Origin: an uncultured Candidatus Saccharibacteria bacterium
GTDB lineage: Bacteria > Patescibacteriota > Minisyncoccia > UBA6257 > XYB1-36-10
Direction: 5' to 3'
DNA length: 64,000 nucleotides
Assembly (NCBI GenBank): GCA_964362215.1
Contig: CAYIDJ010000002.1
Coordinates: forward strand, 911-64,910
Positions 35,192 to 44,079 of the stretch are shown piece after piece; position 1 is the stretch's first letter; each line of letters opens with the position of its first letter. Position numbers and translations under genes: made by a program. The notes under the pieces are model-generated. The model was given only the letters and a program-made list of their open reading frames with translations. It searched no databases and was not told the origin of the DNA.

Positions 35192-37120
35192 TTAGAGTTT
35201 GTAGATGAAGATGGAGGTGCCGGCGCGGTAGTCGGGAGGCGGGGGTTCGGCGAGGTTAACGGGTAAGCCGCGGGCGGTTTTTAGCCAGAGATACTCGTTT
35301 TCGGGAGCGCGGGCAAAGCCGGGAGCGGGGATGGCAGTGGCGGAAGCGAGAGTGTTGACGGAGACGGCCAGCCACTCAATTCCTTCTTCACGGGGATTGT
35401 TTTTTTCCGACCACCAAGGAACGAAGGCATTGCCGAGGCGATAAGAGGGAGAATCGCCGCCGAAGTAGTCAACGGCGATTTTGTCTATCCGGCGGCTATT
35501 TACAAAATCATCCAGGCGTTTTAGATCTTGTCCCCAGTCATAATTGGAATCGGTAACAACGCGATAGCCATTTAACGTACCTCCGCCGAGTTCATTGAAG
35601 TAGGAAAGGAAGAAAGGAGAGGTAACGGCGATGGTGATAGCGAGCCAGACGAGGAGAGCGCTTAAGGCGGTAAATTTAACAGCGAGACGGGAGAAAATAC
35701 CGACCAGAGAACGGAAACGGTTTAAGAATGAAACGGAGGAGAGATGATAAGGAAAAGAAACAATCCAGTTTTTAACGGAGCCGGCGGCGAGGATGTAGAG
35801 CATGGGAACAGTAGGTAAAATGTGGCGGACACCGATATTAAGCGGGCTGGTAATGCTGTAGCCCCAGTAAAAAACAACAAAGAGAATCAGAGAAAATTCA
35901 ATGAAATTTGTATGGAGGTATTCACCGAGAGTGAAGCCGCGGCGGGAGAAGGTGCGTTTCATTTTAATCAGTGCCAAGAGGAGGCCGGCCAGAATAAAAA
36001 TCAGGGAAGGAAGCGGTTCTTTAAGAAGGAAGATGACGGGAAAATAAGAGAGCCAGCCGGCGGCGGAGACTTCGCCTAAGAAGTAGCCGGTGTTGCCGGC
36101 GGCGGAGCGTTGAGAGACCATTAGGACGCCGAGCAGGTATTCACCCAGCGGCTGGGTCAGGCGGTGGCCGGAGAGAAATATATCAACATCAGCGAGGCAG
36201 CGCGCCGGACGGCAGGTTTGCCCGGCGGGAGTGGGGCCGCCAGCAAATGAGTTTAAACTGAAGACAGTATCACGGTGTTGGCGGGAGGTGGGGTAGCCGA
36301 TAGTAAATACAAAGTAAACGGCATAGATGACAACGGTTCCGATAAGGAAGACAGAAAGAAGTTGTCCCGCCTTTTTTAATTTTTCGCGAAAGAGGTAAAG
36401 AAGTTTTGTTTGGAGAGTAGTGTTTTTAAGGTTAACAGCGGCGTTGCGGATAAGGTGGACGGCAGTAATGATAATAAAGAACGGTATCAGGAGAACAACG
36501 GAGAATTTAAGAAGTTGGGCGAGGCCGAAAACGAGACCAGCAATAATTAAAGAGCGGCGATTAGGGCGTTCCAGAAAGTTAAGGAAAGCCCAAGAAGCGG
36601 CGAGGATACCCAGAGCGGCGCCGATGTCGGTGGTGACATAGTGGCCGTGAGCGAGGACGGTGGGAGAGAGAGATAAGAAGGCGGTGGGGAGAAGCGCCCA
36701 CCAGCGGCCGAGAAGACGGGAGGAAAGGCCATAGGTTATGATAATCAGAAGAAGAGTCAGAAGCATTGGGCCGAGGCGAGCGGAAAAGAGAATCTGGTCG
36801 GGATTATTTCCGGATTCAAAAAGGAATTGCGTGCCAGCGGTCCATTGGCCGTTAATGTCTTCCTGCCAGGAGGGGCGGTCGGAGGGGAAGTTGAGATTTA
36901 AAAAAAGAAGGGGAAGAGCGGAAATGACCTTAACGAGCGGAGGATGTTCGGGGTTAAGACGGTAATTAAAAAATTTTAGGTAGGAGTAGCCGGCGGGGAT
37001 ATGCGCCAGCTCATCCATAACAACAGAGTCGCTCGACGCGGCGGAGAGCATAAAAGAGAAAGAGACGGCGATAAGGGCGGCGACAAGGAACCAAGGAACG
37101 AAAGATCTGATTTTGTTCAT
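35192..37120 (-). CDS. GT39/ArnT-PMT-like integral-membrane glycosyltransferase
   Basis: 642 aa and polytopic. The N-terminal loop 'VVMDELAHIPAGYSYLKF..YRLNPEHPPLVK' carries the DE motif of GT-C enzymes. Confidence 0.75.
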   Translation of the reverse strand: MNKIRSFVPWFLVAALIAVSFSFMLSAASSDSVVMDELAHIPAGYSYLKFFNYRLNPEHPPLVKVISALPLLFLNLNFPSDRPSWQEDINGQWTAGTQFLFESGNNPDQILFSARLGPMLLTLLLIIITYGLSSRLLGRWWALLPTAFLSLSPTVLAHGHYVTTDIGAALGILAASWAFLNFLERPNRRSLIIAGLVFGLAQLLKFSVVLLIPFFIIITAVHLIRNAAVNLKNTTLQTKLLYLFREKLKKAGQLLSVFLIGTVVIYAVYFVFTIGYPTSRQHRDTVFSLNSFAGGPTPAGQTCRPARCLADVDIFLSGHRLTQPLGEYLLGVLMVSQRSAAGNTGYFLGEVSAAGWLSYFPVIFLLKEPLPSLIFILAGLLLALIKMKRTFSRRGFTLGEYLHTNFIEFSLILFVVFYWGYSITSPLNIGVRHILPTVPMLYILAAGSVKNWIVSFPYHLSSVSFLNRFRSLVGIFSRLAVKFTALSALLVWLAITIAVTSPFFLSYFNELGGGTLNGYRVVTDSNYDWGQDLKRLDDFVNSRRIDKIAVDYFGGDSPSYRLGNAFVPWWSEKNNPREEGIEWLAVSVNTLASATAIPAPGFARAPENEYLWLKTARGLPVNLAEPPPPDYRAGTSIFIYKL

Positions 37121-37183
37121 AGCGCGATTTTTTAAAAAAGGATATACTCTGGTTACTTATTATTATAGGCCATAAAGAGACAG

Positions 37184-37768
37184 ATGTTATTCACAAGAAG
37201 GAGTTTTGAGCCGCGAGCAACGGTGAGGTTGGCGAGGGAATTGCTGGGAAAGGTTTTAGTTCGCCGGATAGGACGGAAAGAAATACGGGCGGTAATTACG
37301 GAGACGGAGGCGTATCACGGGCTGAAAGACAAAGCCAGCCACGCGGCGAGAGGAAAGACGAAGCGGAACGCGCCGATGTGGGGAGCGGCCGGACACTGGT
37401 ATGTTTATTTTGTTTACGGAAATCACTGGATGCTTAACTTGGTGACGGGACCGGAAGAATACCCGGCCGCGATTTTAATAAGGGGAATTTCAAAAATTAA
37501 AAATCAAAAATCAAAATTTAGGAGGTCTGCTTCGCAGACTTTAATTAAAAATAAAGACGGTGTAGTCAGTGGGCCGGGGAGGGTGGCGAAGTTTTTGAAA
37601 ATTGACGGGAGTTTGAGCGGGCGGCCGGCAAGCCGGAAGACGGGACTATGGATTGAGGACGGAGGAGAAAAAATAAAGCCGTCGCGGATTAAGGCAGCGG
37701 CGAGAGTGGGGGTCAATTACGCGGGGAAGGAGTGGGCAGGGAAGAAGTGGAGGTTTAAATTACTTTAA
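37184..37768 (+). CDS. DNA-3-methyladenine glycosylase (AAG/Mpg family)
   Basis: 'LARELLGKVLV', 'ITETEAYHG..DKASHA', 'GHWYVYFVYGNHWMLNLVTG', 'AILIRG', 'GPGRVAKFLKI'. Confidence 0.85.
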   Translation: MLFTRRSFEPRATVRLARELLGKVLVRRIGRKEIRAVITETEAYHGLKDKASHAARGKTKRNAPMWGAAGHWYVYFVYGNHWMLNLVTGPEEYPAAILIRGISKIKNQKSKFRRSASQTLIKNKDGVVSGPGRVAKFLKIDGSLSGRPASRKTGLWIEDGGEKIKPSRIKAAARVGVNYAGKEWAGKKWRFKLL

Positions 37769-37771
37769 TAT

Positions 37772-37856
37772 TATCCACTTATAAAACATATGTTTTATAA
37801 GTGGATAGGTTGGGTGTGGTTACTATAATTTTTCCACGGTCGTTGGAAAATTATAG
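37772..37856. repeat. Two-hairpin module: P1 palindrome (37772-37807) + H2 hairpin (37823-37856)
   Basis: tatccacttataaaacatatgttttataagtggata, then ctataatttttccacggtcgttggaaaattatag. The same pair is found in reverse order at 46231-46310. Confidence 0.8.
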
Positions 37857-37895
37857 TTGATATAAAAATTGTAGAATTTTTAGTAAATAAAAAAA

Positions 37896-37997
37896 GGGTG
37901 GTCGAGGTAACAATATATGGGCGAATAAATTCGCCATATGGGCGAATAAATTCGCCCCTCAAAGAGCTCCGTCGACCACCCAAGATAGCTCTTTGAG
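37896..37997 (+). other. Structured intergenic segment with pseudoknot-type pairing and a 21-bp tandem duplication
   Basis: gggtggtcga (37896-37905) pairs with tcgaccaccc (37972-37981). ctcaaagagct (37958-37968) pairs with agctctttgag (37987-37997). atatgggcgaataaattcgcc occurs twice (37915-37956). Confidence 0.4.
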
Positions 37998-38058
37998 TAT
38001 CTGGTTGTAATTATACTCCTATTTTTATTTTTTGTCAACAGGGAGTATATTAAAACCT

Positions 38059-39066
38059 ATGAAAATGTCACTGGGAATTGTGGGGATGCCGAACGTGGGA
38101 AAGTCCACCTTGTTTAAGATGCTGACGCGGCAGGAGGTAAATATCGCTAATTATCCGTTCGCGACGGTGGACCCGAACGTGGGAGTGGTGGCGGTGCCGG
38201 ATGAGCGGCTGGAAAAGTTGAATAAGATGTCGCGAAGTGCCAAGAAGATTCCGGCGGTGGTTGAGTTTTATGATATCGCGGGGCTGGTGAAGGGGGCACA
38301 CGAGGGAGAGGGGCTGGGCAACCAGTTTTTAGCCAATATTAGGGAGACGAACGCGATTGTCCACTTGGTCAGGTGTTTTAAGGACGAGGAGGTTATTCAC
38401 GTGGAGGGAGGAACGGATCCGGCGCGAGACGCGAAGGTGGTTAATTTAGAATTGATTTTTAAGGACCTGGAGACGATAGAAAAGCGGATAGGAAGTTTGG
38501 AAAAAGAGGCGAGGGCGGGAGATAAGGAGAAGGCAAAATCGCTTAAGGCGGCGAAGGAAGTGAAGGAAAAACTGCTGGCTGAAAAAATGGTCAACGAGAT
38601 GCCGGAGGAGTTGAGGGAAGACGCGGCGATAAGGGAACTTAATTTACTGACAGCCAAGCCGCAGATATTTTTACTGAACGGGAAAGAGGAGGAGGTGGGG
38701 AAAGAGATAAAGGATTATATTGCTTCTTTGGGAGCGGATTATCTGGTTTTGGATTTGAAAAAAGAAGAGGGGTTGGATAAGTTAATAAAAAAATCGTACG
38801 AGATTTTGGGGCTGATTAGCTTTTTTACCACCGGTGAGGACGAGACGCGGGCGTGGACGATTAGACGCGGGACAAAAGGGCCGGAGGCGGCGGGAACAAT
38901 CCACACGGATTTTGAGGCAAAGTTTATTCGGGCGGAGGTGGTGGGGTGGGAGGAGTTGTTGGCGGCGGGGAGTTGGGCGGCGGCCAAACAAAAAGGAAAG
39001 ATGAGATTAGAGGGAAAGGAGTATGTGGTGAGGGATGGGGATGTGGTGGAAATAAGGCATGGGTAG
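38059..39066 (+). CDS. ychF: Ribosome-binding ATPase YchF
   Basis: 'GIVGMPNVGKSTLF', 'ANYPFATVDPNVG', C-terminal TGS-like 'IHTDFEAKFIRAEV'. ATG at 38059 preferred over TTG at 38032. Confidence 0.9.
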   Translation: MKMSLGIVGMPNVGKSTLFKMLTRQEVNIANYPFATVDPNVGVVAVPDERLEKLNKMSRSAKKIPAVVEFYDIAGLVKGAHEGEGLGNQFLANIRETNAIVHLVRCFKDEEVIHVEGGTDPARDAKVVNLELIFKDLETIEKRIGSLEKEARAGDKEKAKSLKAAKEVKEKLLAEKMVNEMPEELREDAAIRELNLLTAKPQIFLLNGKEEEVGKEIKDYIASLGADYLVLDLKKEEGLDKLIKKSYEILGLISFFTTGEDETRAWTIRRGTKGPEAAGTIHTDFEAKFIRAEVVGWEELLAAGSWAAAKQKGKMRLEGKEYVVRDGDVVEIRHG

Positions 39067-39081
39067 TAGAAAGGTATGGTA

Positions 39082-39217
39082 ATTGCTTTTTCCGCTATAT
39101 TTTGCCGGGTACGAACTGGCTCGCTCCAGCGGCGAGCCGTTCTCTGATCTCGCCGGCCGGAAGAACCAAGCCCGGCCGGCTCTGATAGCCCCTCTAAAAT
39201 ATAGCGGGAAAAGCAAT
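39082..39217. repeat. Nested palindromic element, family D
   Basis: attgctttttccgctatatttt (39082-39103) is the reverse complement of aaaatatagcgggaaaagcaat (39196-39217). The interior is GC-rich. Confidence 0.8.
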
Positions 39218-39242
39218 AAAAAAATAAAACAATACTTTTTTA

Positions 39243-39290
39243 GAGGGAGAGTTAGGTAATATAGCGTCCGCCCAAGGCGGATTTTATTTT
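39243..39290 (+). terminator. Conserved 3-prime module (GAGGGAGAGTTAGGTAATATAGCGTCCGCC hairpin + T tract)
   Basis: tccgcc-caa-ggcgga (39267-39281), then ttttattttt. Confidence 0.65.
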
Positions 39291-39345
39291 TATAAAAAAA
39301 CCGCTCAGGGCGAGCGGCGGAAAAAGGGTGGATTTGTCAAATGGT

Positions 39346-40908
39346 TTAGATATGGAAGACGGGGGCGGTGGGGGGAATAGAGTCGGTTTGAGGGGGGAGA
39401 AGGTAGAAGATGTTTTTGGTTTGGCGGTTTTCGGGTGACCAGGTATCGGTTAAGAATATTACGGTTTGGGCGGGCATGGGGAGGCCGCGGACGTCAACGC
39501 CGCCGGAGTCCACAATGACGTATTTTGGAATGGCGGAGGGAAGGGAGTTTATTTGAGCGGCGAGGTCAACATAGTTTTGGTTGAAGGCGCCGGCGGTTTC
39601 AGGATTTTGTCCCCATTTAAGGAAGTAGGTGTCGTAAGTATTTATAGTAATGGTGGCGAGGAAAATTATGGCAAGAGCAAAGAGAAAACGGCGCTGGCGG
39701 GGGAGAATGGTTTTAAGATGTTCATAAACATAGATACCGCCTAAAGCGGAGAGAATAAAGACGGGCGGAATCATCAGAATAGCGCGGAGGGCGTGGGGAA
39801 GGCCTTCGTTAGAAATTACTACCGGTAAGGCAGAGATAAATAACCAAGAAAATAAAATAATCGGAAGTAACAGCGATGAATTATGGACTGGATTCCCGCT
39901 TTCGCGGGAATGACGGAAGAGTGTATAAAGTGAAATGGGGATACCGATTAAGAACAGTATACCGACGGGCCAGTAGAGCTGGGGCGCGCCAGCAAGGTTG
40001 TGGCGCCAGTTGCCGTCGCCCGCAAAATTAAACATAGCGGCGGTTTTGGAGGTATTTATAACCAGGTCTTTAAGAGGAGAAGCGGAAGAAAAGACAGATA
40101 TTTGGGAGGTACGGCCGAGGAAATCGGCGGGGTTATTTAGGAAATACAGGCCGAGCGGGGCGGCGGTGATGACAGCGCCAATGGTGAAGGCGGCGGCGGC
40201 TTGCCAGAATTGTTTGGAGCGCCAGAAGAAAGGAATAAAGACAAGAAAGAGCAGGGGCATAGCGCGGTAGGCGATGTAAGAATATAAACCGAGGCCAAAT
40301 ATTATCCCACTAAGGACGGCGGGGATGATGAATAGCCGCCACCCGGCAGGTTTCGGCCGCGCCTGTTGGCGAGCGGGGGAAATGGATTTAAGAAAAAAAT
40401 AAAGAGCCCAGATGAGAAAAGCAGGAGCCATAATGGCGCGGAAGCCGACGCGGGAGAAGTTGATGTGCCAAAAGCTCACGGCGAGGAAAAAGGAGGAGAG
40501 AAGAGCAGTAACCTCGCCGCGAGAAATCCTAAATCCTATCCGCCAGCTGGCGGACGAAACTCTAAATAATTCTTTGGTTAGGAAAAATAGTCCCAGAACG
40601 GTTAAGATACCGAAGATAGCGGAAGGGAAGCGGAGCGCCCAGGGTTGGGTGGGGGAGATGCCGGAGTTTTCCAAAGAGCCGAGGAAGGCGGCCTGGATGT
40701 TTATGAAAAGTCCTTCGCGGCCGTTGTTTTCGGGGTAGAAAACTTTGTATCCGCCAGCTGGCGGACTTGTGTGAAGCGCTTCCAGAGCGTTGTTGCCATT
40801 CATGGCCTCGTCCGGATAGAGGCCGGGAGGGGTAGAGGAAAGATTATAAAGCCGGAAGAAGGAGGCAATAGCAATTATAAGAATGAGCCAAACCCAAGTT
40901 TTTTTCAT
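39346..40908 (-). CDS. GT39-family (ArnT/PMT_2-like) glycosyltransferase carrying three in-frame palindromic inserts
   Basis: 520 aa and polytopic. 'LYPDEAMNGNNALEA...FYPENNGREGLFINIQA' is typical of this family. It contains a REP copy (39888-39915) and two 16-bp palindromes. Confidence 0.75.
   Translation of the reverse strand: MKKTWVWLILIIAIASFFRLYNLSSTPPGLYPDEAMNGNNALEALHTSPPAGGYKVFYPENNGREGLFINIQAAFLGSLENSGISPTQPWALRFPSAIFGILTVLGLFFLTKELFRVSSASWRIGFRISRGEVTALLSSFFLAVSFWHINFSRVGFRAIMAPAFLIWALYFFLKSISPARQQARPKPAGWRLFIIPAVLSGIIFGLGLYSYIAYRAMPLLFLVFIPFFWRSKQFWQAAAAFTIGAVITAAPLGLYFLNNPADFLGRTSQISVFSSASPLKDLVINTSKTAAMFNFAGDGNWRHNLAGAPQLYWPVGILFLIGIPISLYTLFRHSRESGNPVHNSSLLLPIILFSWLFISALPVVISNEGLPHALRAILMIPPVFILSALGGIYVYEHLKTILPRQRRFLFALAIIFLATITINTYDTYFLKWGQNPETAGAFNQNYVDLAAQINSLPSAIPKYVIVDSGGVDVRGLPMPAQTVIFLTDTWSPENRQTKNIFYLLPPQTDSIPPTAPVFHI
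39888..39915. repeat. REP-like hairpin inside CDS (encodes RHSRESGNPVH)
   Basis: ctggattcccgctttcgcgggaatgacg matches the intergenic copies at 1895, 4420 and 12488. The reading frame is maintained. Confidence 0.8.
40539..40554. repeat. 16-bp perfect palindrome TCCGCCAGCTGGCGGA inside CDS (read as SASWR)
   Basis: Exact palindrome. A second identical copy lies 211 bp away. Confidence 0.85.
40750..40765. repeat. 16-bp perfect palindrome TCCGCCAGCTGGCGGA inside CDS (read as PPAGG)
   Basis: The same 16-mer as 40539-40554, translated in a different phase of the same gene. Confidence 0.85.
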
Positions 40909-40923
40909 ATTACAAAATATTTG

Positions 40924-42552
40924 CTACTGGCCACTCTTTTGGATAGCGGCTTTGAGGAAGGCAAGGAAGAGGGGGTGAGGAGTGAGGGGGCGGGATTGGA
41001 GCTCGGGATGAAATTGAGTAGCAAGGAAGAAAGGGTGGTTAGGGAGTTCAAGAATTTCCACCAGATTTTGGTCGGGATTGACGCCGGAGAAGACGAGGCC
41101 GGCGGCGGCAAGTTGGTCGCGATAGTTATTATTGAGTTCGTAGCGGTGGCGGTGGCGTTCGGAGACAGTGTCGGCTTTGTAGGCGCGGTGGGCGAGAGTG
41201 TTTTTAGCGAGGGCGCAGGGGTAGCCGCCCAGACGCATAGAAGCGCCATAGTTTTTGTTTTTTACATTAGCAGCTTGTTCGGGAAGAATGTGAATAATAG
41301 GATGGGGAGTGTCGGGATTGATTTCGGTGGTGTGAGCGTCTTTGAGTCCGACAACGTTGCGGGCGAATTCCACGGCGGCCATTTGCATACCATAACAAAG
41401 TCCCAGGAAGGGGATGTTATTCCGGCGGATGTATTCAATAGCTTTTATTTTTCCTTCAATGCCGCGAGAACCGAAACCGCCGGGAATAATGATGCCGTCA
41501 TAGGATTTAAGCTCTTCCAGAGATACCGGATTTTTCTCAAAAGATTCAGAGTTGAGCCAGTCAATAACGGGGCGGCGTTTAAGGGCATAGCAGGCGTGTT
41601 TGATGGCCTCAATGACGGAAATGTAAGCGTCGGATAAAGTAAAGTCGCCGGAGGAAAAGTATTTGCCGACAATGCCGATGCGGACGGTGTCGGGAAAACG
41701 AGAGATTTTGAAACGCTTGTGCCACTCATGACCATTGCGGCGGCGGGGTTTGAGGCCGAATTTTTTGAGAATAACAGCGGAAAGATTGTCTTTTTCAAAG
41801 TTAATTGGTATCTGGTAGATGGATTTGACGTCGGGGGCGGAGATGACGTTTTCTTTGGGGACGTTGCAGAAGGTGGAGATTTTTTCTTTGCGGGGTTCGT
41901 CCAAAGAGGCGGAAGAGCGGGCGATGATGATGTCCGGCTGGATGCCGGCGGAATTCAGCAGGCGGGTGGCGTGCTGGGTGGGTTTTGTTTTCATCTCGCC
42001 AATCATTTTGGGAGTGGGAAGGTAGCTGACTAAAATAAAAGCTACGTTTTGCGGCTGGCGTGATTTAAGCAGACGGGCGGCTTCCAGAAAGAGCATATTT
42101 TCATACTCGCCGGCGGTGCCGCCGATTTCCACTAAAACAAAATTGGCTGACTCTTTGCGACTGACATGTTCCAAGCGTCTAATAACCTCTTCGGGGATGT
42201 GGGGGACAACTTGGACGCATTTGCCGCCATATTCCAGATTGCGTTCTTTCTGGATGACGGCGAGGTAGATGGAGCCGGTGGTCATGTAGTTGTCACTGGT
42301 TAAAGTGGTGTCCAGGAAGCGTTCGTAGTTGCCCATATCCTGGTCGCACTCGCGGCCGTCATTCAAAACAAATGTTTCACCGTGCTCAATGGGGTTCATA
42401 GTGCCGGCGTCAACGTTAATATAAGGGTCAATCTTGACGGCGGTGACTTTGAAGCCGAGGTCTTTAAGAATCCGCCCGATGGAGGCAGTGGTGACGCCTT
42501 TGCCAACTCCCGACATGACGCCGCCGACTACGAAGATGAACCGTGAAACCAT
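40924..42552 (-). CDS. pyrG: CTP synthase
   Basis: 'FVVGGVMSGVGKG', 'DPYINVDAGTM', glutaminase 'GLCYGMQ' and 'HRHRYE'. Confidence 0.95.
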   Translation of the reverse strand: MVSRFIFVVGGVMSGVGKGVTTASIGRILKDLGFKVTAVKIDPYINVDAGTMNPIEHGETFVLNDGRECDQDMGNYERFLDTTLTSDNYMTTGSIYLAVIQKERNLEYGGKCVQVVPHIPEEVIRRLEHVSRKESANFVLVEIGGTAGEYENMLFLEAARLLKSRQPQNVAFILVSYLPTPKMIGEMKTKPTQHATRLLNSAGIQPDIIIARSSASLDEPRKEKISTFCNVPKENVISAPDVKSIYQIPINFEKDNLSAVILKKFGLKPRRRNGHEWHKRFKISRFPDTVRIGIVGKYFSSGDFTLSDAYISVIEAIKHACYALKRRPVIDWLNSESFEKNPVSLEELKSYDGIIIPGGFGSRGIEGKIKAIEYIRRNNIPFLGLCYGMQMAAVEFARNVVGLKDAHTTEINPDTPHPIIHILPEQAANVKNKNYGASMRLGGYPCALAKNTLAHRAYKADTVSERHRHRYELNNNYRDQLAAAGLVFSGVNPDQNLVEILELPNHPFFLATQFHPELQSRPLTPHPLFLAFLKAAIQKSGQ

Positions 42553-42665
42553 AATACCAAGTTAATTTTATATTAAGTGGCGGGGTAGAGCAATGGAGGA
42601 AGTGGATAGGTTGGTTTGTGTATAATTATGAATAACTTGCCAACATACTCTCGCTTAGCGGCAAT

Positions 42666-42776
42666 CAGAAGCCCAGTTTCCTGTTTGTTGGACACGGATA
42701 TTTTTTTGCTAAAAAATTCCTCTGACTCGCACCGCCGTGCTCCGCGCGGTCCAACAAACAGGAAACTGGGCTTCTC
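42666..42776. repeat. Long hairpin element, family C copy 2 (27-bp perfect stem, conserved loop)
   Basis: agaagcccagtttcctgtttgttggac pairs with gtccaacaaacaggaaactgggcttct. The loop 3-prime half ctctgactcgcaccgccgtgctccgcgcg matches the copy at 5484-5511. Confidence 0.85.
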
Positions 42777-42827
42777 TGGCTGATTTATGTGTTTTAAGTG
42801 AGTTGCTCTTAAATTTATCAACCTTAA

Positions 42828-42877
42828 GAGGAAGAGTTGGATGATAATGTAGCCTGCTTGCCGGCAGGCCTTGATTT
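42828..42877 (+). repeat. Conserved 3-prime module in a divergent promoter region (GAGGAAGAGTTGGATGATAATGTAGCCTGC hairpin)
   Basis: gcctgc-ttgccg-gcaggc without a clean T tract. It lies between the pyrG (-) and pgk (+) starts, so a terminator role is doubtful here. Confidence 0.6.
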
Positions 42878-42914
42878 GTAGCAGTACAAACAAAGCGTGT
42901 ATAATGGTTTAAAA

Positions 42915-44021
42915 ATGGCAATACAATTTATTTCTAAAGCCAGCCGGAGGGAACTTACCGGGACGGCCATAGTACGGCTGGATTTTAATGACGCGGATGG
43001 GTGGCGGATAGAGCAGTCGGCGCGGACGATAAAGTTTCTGATTAAAAAAGCGGATAAGCTGGTTATTTTGGGGCACCGAGGCCGGCCGAAGCCGTCAATG
43101 CATATAACGCGGAACAATAAAGAGTTCTCGCTTAAGGGAGAGGAAGCGCGTCTGGCGAAAATTGTCGGGCGGTCGGTGGAATTTATCGCTCACAGCCGGA
43201 TATCGGAGGCGGCCAACGAGATACGGAACGCGGCGGTGGGCGCGGTTTTTCTGTTGGAGAATGTGCGGTTTTTAGACGGCGAGGAGGAGAATAACACGGA
43301 GTTGGCGCGGCACCTGGCGTCGCTGGGAGATTATTATGTAAATGAAGCGTTTGCCAACTGCCACCGGGCGCACGCTTCCATGGTGGGGATTACCAAGTTT
43401 GCGCCGAGTTATGGCGGGCTGCGACTGGAAGAGGAAATAGTTAATTTGTCGCGAGTGATGAAGAAGCCGAGACGTCCGCTGGTGATGATATTCGGCGGAG
43501 CGAAGGCGGACTCAAAACTGCCGGTGATTGCGCATTTTCGCAGGCGGGCGGATGCTTTTTTGGTGGGAGGAGCGCTGGGAAATACTTTGCTTTATTTAGA
43601 AGGTGTGAACATAGGGGAGTCAGTGGCGGAGAGAAAAATTGACGGCATGATATTGAAAGTGGCGCGGATGAAAAATATAAAGGGACTGGTTGATGCGCGG
43701 AGACGAGGCGGAAAGATCTTAGATATCGGACCGAAGACAGAGAAGATATTTATGGGGGAGATAAAGCGGGCGAAGACAATTGTTTGGAACGGGCCGTTGG
43801 GAATGATTGAGAAGCGCGGGTTTGAGAGCGGAACGAAGGTGGTCGCTCGGGCGGTGGCGAGAACGAAGGCGTTTTCGGTGGTGGGAGGTGGGGAGACGGT
43901 CAACTTTATCCGCAAGTTGAAACTAGAGAAAAAGATTAGTTTTCTTTCCACCGGCGGGGGAGCGATGCTTGATTTTTTGGCGGGGAAGAAATTGCCGGGG
44001 ATAGAGGCGTTGAGTAAATAA
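42915..44021 (+). CDS. pgk: Phosphoglycerate kinase
   Basis: 'IVRLDFN', 'ILGHRGRPK', 'ENVRF', 'GGAKADSKL', 'WNGPLGM', 'STGGGA'. TATAAT (42900-42905) lies 9 nt before ATG 42915, so the upstream GTG start is unlikely. Confidence 0.9.
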   Translation: MAIQFISKASRRELTGTAIVRLDFNDADGWRIEQSARTIKFLIKKADKLVILGHRGRPKPSMHITRNNKEFSLKGEEARLAKIVGRSVEFIAHSRISEAANEIRNAAVGAVFLLENVRFLDGEEENNTELARHLASLGDYYVNEAFANCHRAHASMVGITKFAPSYGGLRLEEEIVNLSRVMKKPRRPLVMIFGGAKADSKLPVIAHFRRRADAFLVGGALGNTLLYLEGVNIGESVAERKIDGMILKVARMKNIKGLVDARRRGGKILDIGPKTEKIFMGEIKRAKTIVWNGPLGMIEKRGFESGTKVVARAVARTKAFSVVGGGETVNFIRKLKLEKKISFLSTGGGAMLDFLAGKKLPGIEALSK

Positions 44022-44041
44022 ATAGTAGAAATAGGAAAAAA

Positions 44042-44060
44042 GCCCCGAGTAGATCGGGGC
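44042..44060. terminator. Bidirectional terminator between pgk and the convergent small gene
   Basis: aaaaaa-gccccga-gtaga-tcggggc-gtttt. Confidence 0.65.
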
Positions 44061-44079
44061 GTTTTAACTATGAAGAGAG

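Noticed and set aside
37488-37557. AT-rich, hairpin-containing stretch inside the 3-methyladenine glycosylase gene (ISKIKNQKSKFRRSASQTLIKNKD): another in-frame mobile insert?
   Set aside because: Homologs I recall have a similarly long variable linker between the LIRA/G block and the GPGK/R block. An insertion therefore cannot be claimed from length, only from odd composition. An ortholog alignment is needed.
40645-41637. 330-aa plus-strand ORF overlapping pyrG
   Set aside because: It is antisense shadow of the well-supported CTP synthase gene (40924-42552, minus). The product is low-complexity and Gly/Val/Ala-rich with no motifs. The same applies to other long antisense ORFs, such as 19006-19626 and 19840-20418 in ppsA, 27951-28511 in groEL, 60979-61734 in the giant ORF, and 47-301 and 15-230 in the edge adhesin gene.
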